A stretch of DNA of 64,000 nt from Octopus sinensis (Eukaryota). The stretch's first letter is position 1. The number at the start of each line of letters is the position of its first letter. The position numbers and the translations under genes are program-made. Under the pieces are notes generated by a model, which worked only from the letters and a program-made list of their open reading frames with translations, had not been told where the DNA came from and did not search any database. Below are positions 63,816-64,000 of this stretch, in pieces. The stretch lies in contig NC_043010.1 of assembly GCF_006345805.1 (NCBI RefSeq), positions 49,290,001 to 49,354,000 on the forward strand, given 5' to 3'.

Positions 63816-64000
63816 TGTGTGTATTATACTGGAATACATCTTTTATTTATAAAACAACTGAAAATTACATAAATGAAAGTAAAGTATGGTCATGAGAAAT
63901 ACTGTTTCCTGCTCTCAATTTGCAGATGCATCTCACCACGGAAGGTTCGTGTTTTGTTATTTTTCTAAAGAAACAGATATAGTGCTCAATGTGACTGGTC

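Overview
AT-rich, microsatellite-saturated animal genomic DNA. The SINE/MITE repertoire and the (TA)n/(TACA)n/(CA)n density suggest a cephalopod, probably Octopus; this is inference, not a database result. I found no host protein-coding gene I can support: nearly all listed ORFs are microsatellite translations or transposon remnants, so the window is intergenic or intronic. It holds many tRNA-headed SINEs (about five families), Tc1/mariner remnants and MITEs, piggyBac-like and Helitron-like non-autonomous elements, LINE fragments (RTE, L1/Tx1, restriction-like-endonuclease clades), three Penelope-like element (PLE) coding remnants (RT and GIY-YIG) and two larger tandem arrays (about 373 bp and about 800 bp units). 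The most interesting signal, read by eye, is a set of short non-coding elements next to (TA)n or similar microsatellites. They carry minimal type I hammerhead ribozyme (HHR) motifs, most with a palindromic helix III. Several are arranged as head-to-head fold-backs, and two have compensatory changes of the catalytic C3-G8 pair (U3-A8 and G3-C8). One HHR family is linked by sequence to the 3' end of a GIY-YIG PLE remnant, and another is attached to a tRNA-derived SINE head. This points to a diversified PLE-dependent, ribozyme-carrying non-autonomous retroelement system. Folding was done by eye and no activity has been shown.
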